From Candidatus Multivorans sp. (GTDB taxonomy: Bacteria > Acidobacteriota > Thermoanaerobaculia > Multivoradales > Multivoraceae): DNA of 64,000 bases. Made by a program: the position numbers and the translations under genes. Under the pieces are notes generated by a model, which saw nothing but the letters and a program-made list of their open reading frames with translations, made no database searches and had not been told where the DNA came from. Where the stretch lies: positions 2,688,001-2,752,000 of the forward strand of contig OZ245033.1 in assembly GCA_965224025.1 (NCBI GenBank), given 5' to 3'. The stretch's first letter is position 1. Each line of letters opens with the position of its first letter. Shown here in pieces: positions 58,532 through 64,000 of the stretch.

Positions 58532-59539
58532 GTGACCCCACTCACACTCCGGGAGCACGTTGCCGAACCGGCGAACCTCTGGATCCGCCACAGCTTCTCC
58601 CGTTGGCCCGCGGAGGGCGGCGACGACCTCTGGTGCGACCTAGCCACTGGCGGCTTGCCGCCGTCGACCGCCGGCCCGTTGCCGGCCGCCGCCAAGGCCG
58701 CCGAAGGGGTGCGTTCGGTGACCGATGTCGTCTACGTTCCGCCGCTCCCGGCGGACCACGAGTACCTCCGCACGCGCGTCGTCGAGGCCGCGGCCGAGGC
58801 TGGAGTGCCTCTCCTGATTCAGGTTGTGGGAACCATCCCTGCCGGCGGATCGAGCCTGCGCGAGCTGGCTGCGCCGGGACTCGCCGATCTTCCCGCCAAC
58901 GCCGTCGTCGCGGTCGATCTCCTCGACGTCCTGGTCCGCCACGCCGCCGCCCTGCGTGAAGAGCTCAGGGAGCGCCGGCAGCCGAGCCTGCCCTTCGAGC
59001 CCGCGCCGCTTCAGGACGTGACCGTGGTCTGGCCGCTCGTCACCGACTGGACCGACCAGCCGGCTCTTCTCGGGCCGGCGATGGCCCGGCTCGCGGCCGC
59101 CAGCGCCCGCCGCGTCGTGCCGCGCGGCATGCAGCTTGGGGCCCGCGAACGTCGCCTGCTCTCCGAACGTCTGCAGTCGACCTGGCCCGAGGCTTTCGAC
59201 GCTCTGTTTCACGGCGACGATTCCCACCCGGACCAGTCGGCCTTCCGTACCGCTGCAGAGGCAGCAGGCCTCGAGCCCCGCTTGCCAAGGCCCCTGCCCT
59301 CGCCACCTCTACCGGCCAGGCTCCGCCGCGCTCGCGAACTCGCCGGCCACCTAATCGAACTCGGCGACTCCGCCGGCTCCGCTGGAGACGCCTACTACCG
59401 CGCCGCCCGTTTCGTCGACCGCAACGAAGTCGACATCGAGGCCGCCGCCCGGGAAGACAACCTCGGCGTCTTGCCCTGGCTCGAGGAACCGGTGAAGCGG
59501 TCGGTGGAGCAGTGGCTGACCGCGCCGCGCGGCGGCTGA
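58532..59539 (+). CDS. Hypothetical protein; possible degenerate SPL-type radical-SAM C-terminal region plus PolX-like helix-hairpin (HHH_8) tail
   Basis: WPLVTDWTD..., AYYRAARFVD...LGVLPWLEEPVKRSVEQWL; no CxxxCxxC. Confidence 0.55.
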   Translation: MTPLTLREHVAEPANLWIRHSFSRWPAEGGDDLWCDLATGGLPPSTAGPLPAAAKAAEGVRSVTDVVYVPPLPADHEYLRTRVVEAAAEAGVPLLIQVVGTIPAGGSSLRELAAPGLADLPANAVVAVDLLDVLVRHAAALREELRERRQPSLPFEPAPLQDVTVVWPLVTDWTDQPALLGPAMARLAAASARRVVPRGMQLGARERRLLSERLQSTWPEAFDALFHGDDSHPDQSAFRTAAEAAGLEPRLPRPLPSPPLPARLRRARELAGHLIELGDSAGSAGDAYYRAARFVDRNEVDIEAAAREDNLGVLPWLEEPVKRSVEQWLTAPRGG

Positions 59540-59545
59540 CCCGTC

Positions 59546-60205
59546 ATGCACCTGGTCGTCTTCGATGTGGACGGAACCCTGGTCGAGTCCGAGGACTTCG
59601 ACGGGACTCTCTACGCCCGGGCGATTCGGAACGTGCTGAAGATCGACGTCGACGAGGACTGGTCCGGGTATCGCCATGTGACGGACAGCGGCATCCTGAA
59701 CGAGGTCCTGGAACGCAGCGGAATCGGTCTCGATCGCGCCCTCGCGCACGCCTCCGTCAAGAGCGACTTCGTCGGCCTCATGGACAGATACCTCGCCGAC
59801 CGCGGCAATCAGCTACCGGAAGTCCCTGGCGCCCGCGCCTTCGTTGACCGGCTAAGCGCCCATCAAGGCTTCCATGTCGCCGTCGCCACCGGCGGCTGGA
59901 AGGAGACAGCCGCAAAGAAGCTCCGGGCTATCGGCCTCGATCCCGAAACGTTCGCCCTGTCCTCCGGTTCCGACGCCATCAGCCGCGTCGAGATCATGCA
60001 GATCGCCGCCCACCGCGCCCTGACCGGCAGGCTGGCCGACCGAAAGACCTACTTCGGCAACCGCCCGTGGGACAGGGACGCGAGTCGTCGGTTGGGCTGG
60101 GACTTCATCGGCATCGGCAGGGATGTCGAGCACAGTACCCGGCTCGACGACTTCCGGGATGAGGAGTCGCTAGCGAAGGCATTGGGTTGGTCCACGACCT
60201 GGTAG
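59546..60205 (+). CDS. HAD-family hydrolase
   Basis: VVFDVDGTL, VATGG, YFGNRPWD. Confidence 0.88.
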   Translation: MHLVVFDVDGTLVESEDFDGTLYARAIRNVLKIDVDEDWSGYRHVTDSGILNEVLERSGIGLDRALAHASVKSDFVGLMDRYLADRGNQLPEVPGARAFVDRLSAHQGFHVAVATGGWKETAAKKLRAIGLDPETFALSSGSDAISRVEIMQIAAHRALTGRLADRKTYFGNRPWDRDASRRLGWDFIGIGRDVEHSTRLDDFRDEESLAKALGWSTTW

Positions 60206-62150
60206 CTGGTCTTAGGAACACGGTAGACAACCGTCATCGGTCGAAGCGCCCGAGTGCATCTCGGACCTCAAAGACCCCATCGATACAGAGACGGTCGATG
60301 AGGTCCAGCAAGCGGGGCCCCCACTCGTCGGTCTGGTGCTGCTGGTACGTTCGGAAGATGAGCTTGGTCACGGTTCCTCTTGAGCGGGCGACTTCACCCC
60401 GGAATGTGTCCAGGAAGCGCTTGCAGACCATGCACGTGAGGCCAGGCAGGCGTCTGCGCGACTCCTCGAGGACCAGGAGGAGAGGTCCCGGGAGACTCTT
60501 GAAGGCTGCGCTCTTGGAGAAGTCGTCGATGAGTTTCTCGTACTCCTCGAGGGGCGCTCCTTCGAGGTGACGGAAGCAAGAAGCGGCTTGGCGCTGCACG
60601 TCCTCGTCCTCATCTCCGAAGAAACGGAGGAGTCGGTCCTCGCACCAGTCGCGGCACTCACGGTTTCCGATGTTGGCCGCAGCGACCTTGGCGAGGCCGA
60701 GTCGATGCCGGGAGGTCAGACTGATCGCCTCATTGGCCAGGTCCTTATCGCCCGGCTGCAGCAGAGCCGCGATTCCAGCATGTGTGCTACCGGCCTCGCA
60801 GACTTCGGGTTCGGAAGATTGGAGCATGCGTTCAACTACAGGTCGGATCTCGGCCAAGTCCTCCCTTAGGGCGAGACGGATAAGGGGACGCGCGTGTTGG
60901 GTTGCCAGGACTCGGTCGTCGGACAAGGTTGCCCCCAGAAAGAGTCGCAGTCCCATCTTCGGTTTGTGATGAGCAACTGCTGTGAGGGTAGCGAGGACAC
61001 AGGACATGACGGCGGTACTACGGTCCTTGATCATCTGGTCCAGAGTGGCGCGGAAGGCGTTGATGCAAGTCGCGTCTTCGGAAATCACCTTCGCCATCGC
61101 GTACGCTGCATTCCCCCGCGTCGAGTTGAGCCCGCATGTGAGAATGTCGCCGCCCCAGTTGTGGCCGCCCTGGGGTGCTTTCTTCTGCCAACTCTCTTCG
61201 GCGGGGTCCTCGTGTTCGGTCGCAAGGTAGTGCAGCATGCGGATGGCATCCTCTGACGACGGAGACTCGAGGTTTCCGAGGACGTCGGCTACGGCCCTGC
61301 CGCAAAGTCCTGGCGATGCCTTGAGCGCCTTCTGACACACCTCGACCTTGAGTCCGCTCTCGACGGAGGATTCCCGCAAGCCGCGTAGCACGCCCTCAAA
61401 GTAGGTGGGGGGGGCGTGTTCGAGGGGAATAGCAGGGCCAGACGGGCAAACCGCTCTGGTTCTTCTTTGGCGCGGCCTCGAAGAACGTCCGCTAGCTCGG
61501 ACGAGCCGCTGAGGAAGTCGGCCCCAGAAGAGTGGGCGTGGCCTTCGGACGAGTGTTTGCTGATGGCACGGAGCCAGTGCTCGTCGGTCATTTTCTTTGC
61601 CGAAGTCTCGTCGATCGGAGATCGGACATGGGCGACCGTTGGTTGCTGAGGTGCGGTCGGTGGGTCGCGGAACTTCCGCGACAGTTCTCGCAGGCGTTTG
61701 TGTACTCGGGAGCTGCGAAGTTCCTCGGGGATCGCCGAAAGAAGGGCAAACTGGGACCGACCGAACTGCTTGTAGCCTCCGGTGGTGCCTTCAAAGGCAT
61801 TCACATACGAGAGGAAGGTGTCCTCGAGTCTTCGGCGATTCTCCTCTTCGCAGTACGGGAACGCCACGCGAACGAGTTCCATCGCGTACCAATACTGCTG
61901 GCTGCGGTACCAGCAACTGAGACGCCAGGGTTCTTCGCATAGCAAGGAGGCGGCCTCATTCGCGTATCGCTCAGGGCGGGCGGCGTACAGAACGAGGAGC
62001 AGTCGGTTGGACGTGTTCGTTTCTCGCTGCCGAAGTTGCCGAACGACTTCGGTCAGGTCGGTTTCGTCTTGAGCAAGGGCTACGAGCGCTCGCTCTAGTC
62101 CGCTGAGGCACGGAACCTGTCAACGACATTGACACAGCGGGGTTCAGGAT

Positions 62151-63149
62151 TTACTGAGTGGTCTCTGCAGTCTCGTTGTCGGGCTTGTTGATCCAGACGG
62201 CCCGGGGCAGTGGCGTGTGCATCGGTTGGCCGCCGACGAATCGTTCGGGTGAGCTCTCCCAGGCGGCGCTCAGCGTGCGTTGGCGCTGCTCGATGACGGC
62301 TTGCGCCCGGCCGTAGTGGACGGTCTGGGGAGTCAGCATGGCGATGCCGGCATGGCGGTGTTCGGTGTTGTACCAGGGGAAGAAGGACCTGCAGTAGTCG
62401 GTCGCGGCGTCCTGGCAGTTGAAGCGGCTGGGGAAGTCGGGGTGGTACTTGAGGGTCTTGAACTGTGCTTCGGAGTAGGGGTTGTCGTCGCTGACCCGCG
62501 GTCGGCCCAGGGAGCGGTTCACGCCGAGGCGGGCGAGCAGTTGGGCGGTGCCCTGGCTGGTCATGGGGGCGCCTCGATCGGAATGCAGGGTCAGGACATG
62601 GGGCTTGACGCCGTGCTTGAGGCAGGTCTCCTCGATGAGCCTTTGGGCGAGCGCGGAGTTCTCGCGGTCGGCGACCATCCAGCCGACCGCGTAGCGGCTG
62701 AAGAGGTCAAGCAGGACGTAGAGGTAGTAGTAGGTCCAGGTCTGCGGTCCGAGCAGCCTGGTGATGTCCCACGACCAGACCTGGTTGGGCGCGACAGCGA
62801 CCAACTCCGGCTTGGCGTACGACGGATGGACGCGCTGATTGCGGCGGTCCCTCACGGGGTGGTTCGCTTCGAGGATGCGGTACATCGTGCGCTCCGAGCA
62901 CAGGTAGCGGCCCTCGTCGAGCAGGGTGGCCACCACTTCTCCCGGCGAACGATCGACGAAACGCGGCGACGCAAGCGTGGCCTCGACCCGTTTCCGCTCG
63001 ATCTGGCTCAGTGCCCGGGCAGGCGTGGGGCGGGGCTGCCGTCGCCCGGGAGCGGGCCTCGCACGACGATAGAAGGTCGATCGCGACACGCCCAGCGCCC
63101 GGCACGCCGGCGCGATGCCGACCTGCCGGGCCAGGGACCTTGCCGCCAT
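62151..63149 (-). CDS. IS3 OrfB DDE transposase (rve)
   Basis: PNQVWSWDIT, LHSDRG, DNPYSEAQFKTLKY, WYNTEHRH. Confidence 0.93.
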   Translation of the reverse strand: MAARSLARQVGIAPACRALGVSRSTFYRRARPAPGRRQPRPTPARALSQIERKRVEATLASPRFVDRSPGEVVATLLDEGRYLCSERTMYRILEANHPVRDRRNQRVHPSYAKPELVAVAPNQVWSWDITRLLGPQTWTYYYLYVLLDLFSRYAVGWMVADRENSALAQRLIEETCLKHGVKPHVLTLHSDRGAPMTSQGTAQLLARLGVNRSLGRPRVSDDNPYSEAQFKTLKYHPDFPSRFNCQDAATDYCRSFFPWYNTEHRHAGIAMLTPQTVHYGRAQAVIEQRQRTLSAAWESSPERFVGGQPMHTPLPRAVWINKPDNETAETTQ

Positions 63150-63634
63150 CAGCAGTCCTTCCCGTCTTCGAGGCTGAATCCCAGCAGCCCTGCAACTTTT
63201 CCCTGGACGTCCAGGATCGTGTGCGCGGCGGCGACTTCCCTCTCGAGCCGCTTGACCTTCGCTTCCAGCCGCTTCACCTTCGGCATCAGAGGGTTGGCCT
63301 CGACAGGCTTGCGGCCCCGCTTCTTCGGCCTCAGACCGGAAAGCGCGCCCTCGCGCCGCGCCTTGCGCCAGTTGGCCAGATGGGAGCTGTACAGACCCTC
63401 TCGCCGCAACAGCCGACCCACCTCGCCGCGGTGGGTGCATCGATCCGCTTCCTCCAGAATCCGCAGCCGGTACTCCGCCGTGAACTGCCGTCGGGTCGGC
63501 TTCGCTACGACCTCCGGGTCGGGAACGCCCCCCGCGGACGCCGCGCCGGCCGCGGGGGCCTCGTCGCTACGCTCCTCAACCCCCGCGGCCGGGAGCTCCG
63601 AGCCGCCGCCAAACCTCTGCTCTCGTCTTGACAT
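63149..63634 (-). CDS. IS3 OrfA (HTH)
   Basis: RRQFTAEYRLRILEEAD...LLRREGLYSSHLANWR; TGATG overlap with OrfB; G-GGA-AAA slippery heptamer at 63197-63203. Confidence 0.9.
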   Translation of the reverse strand: MSRREQRFGGGSELPAAGVEERSDEAPAAGAASAGGVPDPEVVAKPTRRQFTAEYRLRILEEADRCTHRGEVGRLLRREGLYSSHLANWRKARREGALSGLRPKKRGRKPVEANPLMPKVKRLEAKVKRLEREVAAAHTILDVQGKVAGLLGFSLEDGKDC

Positions 63635-64000
63635 TGATCCTCCTTGCCAACGCGTGCCCTCCACTATTCAACGGGATGCCCGCTGTGTCACGTACGTTGG
63701 CAGAGAGGGGCAGGCTTCTTCAAGACTCGAAGTGTTGTAGCCACCGTAGAAGGACCAGACGCTGTCTTGCTTCGGTAGCGTGTCGCCAGTCGAAGTTGCG
63801 TCCGAGACTTCGAGAACGGCGGGTAGCACGAAGTCTGCGAAGGCACCGGCAGCGTGTTCCGCCGAGTGTTGGAACGTCCTCTCCGCAGCGGGGTCGTAGC
63901 CCAGTAGGCCCCGGTGGCCAGGTGTCTTGCCGTCGGCGGGGAAAAGCACGAGTCGGCGCGGGAGCTGGTGGGCCAGAAGCTCAGCCACCCACTGTGGATG

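Larger units (their letters stand above)
62111..63708 (-). mobile_element. IS3-family insertion sequence with GGCA target duplication
   Basis: GGCA at 62107-62110 and 63709-63712; subterminal IRs TGTCAACGACATTGACACAGCGGG / CCCGCTGTGTCACGTACGTTGGCA. Confidence 0.88.
60234..64000 (-). pseudogene. C-terminal part of a large helical-repeat protein, split by an IS3-family element and a C8 frameshift; 5' end outside window
   Basis: Segments 63713-64000, about 61415-62110 and 60234-61406 join in frame after IS removal (SLEEAC|LSGLERAL) and homopolymer correction (NTPP..TYFEGVLRG); lower-GC codon usage. Confidence 0.75.

Overview
GC-rich window from a diderm bacterium (Acidobacteriota-like gene content; taxon is inference only). 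About 0-8 kb: LLM oxidoreductase (partial), PCD/PhhB, an orphan NorQ/CbbQ + VWA pair, an NPP-type phosphodiesterase, an R2-like ligand-binding oxidase and secreted hypotheticals. The best candidate for an undescribed system is the minus-strand locus at 8.4-25 kb. It encodes an ABC ATPase, an ABC-2 permease fused to an M1-type pseudo-peptidase with a golvesin-like tail, an MFP, an RND permease and a second RND permease fused to an ABC ATPase (with a membrane insert inside the ATPase). These are followed by two tandem [small ABC-2 permease + ~98-aa precursor peptide] modules. Each peptide has a Sec signal, a double-glycine-like pro-segment and a hydrophobic Cys...Cys core, and each has its own conserved upstream motif. 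At 25-29 kb: heme c/Cu-monooxygenase, racemase and sulfatase. At 29-36.5 kb: an accessory block with ISL3, an IS630-split hydrolase, a VapBC pair and three progressively decayed copies of one secreted-protein gene. Then cupin, PQQ-like propeller, addB/addA-like genes, AAA_14-DUF4143, DUF1801, AI-2E, Uma2, hisS-aspS-(MITE)-aroB-ftsY-ribD-ribE, HAD, and a large helical-repeat gene split by an IS3-family element. A REP-like palindrome family is dispersed throughout, including in-frame inside addB. No rRNA, tRNA or CRISPR array was seen. All alignments were made by eye.
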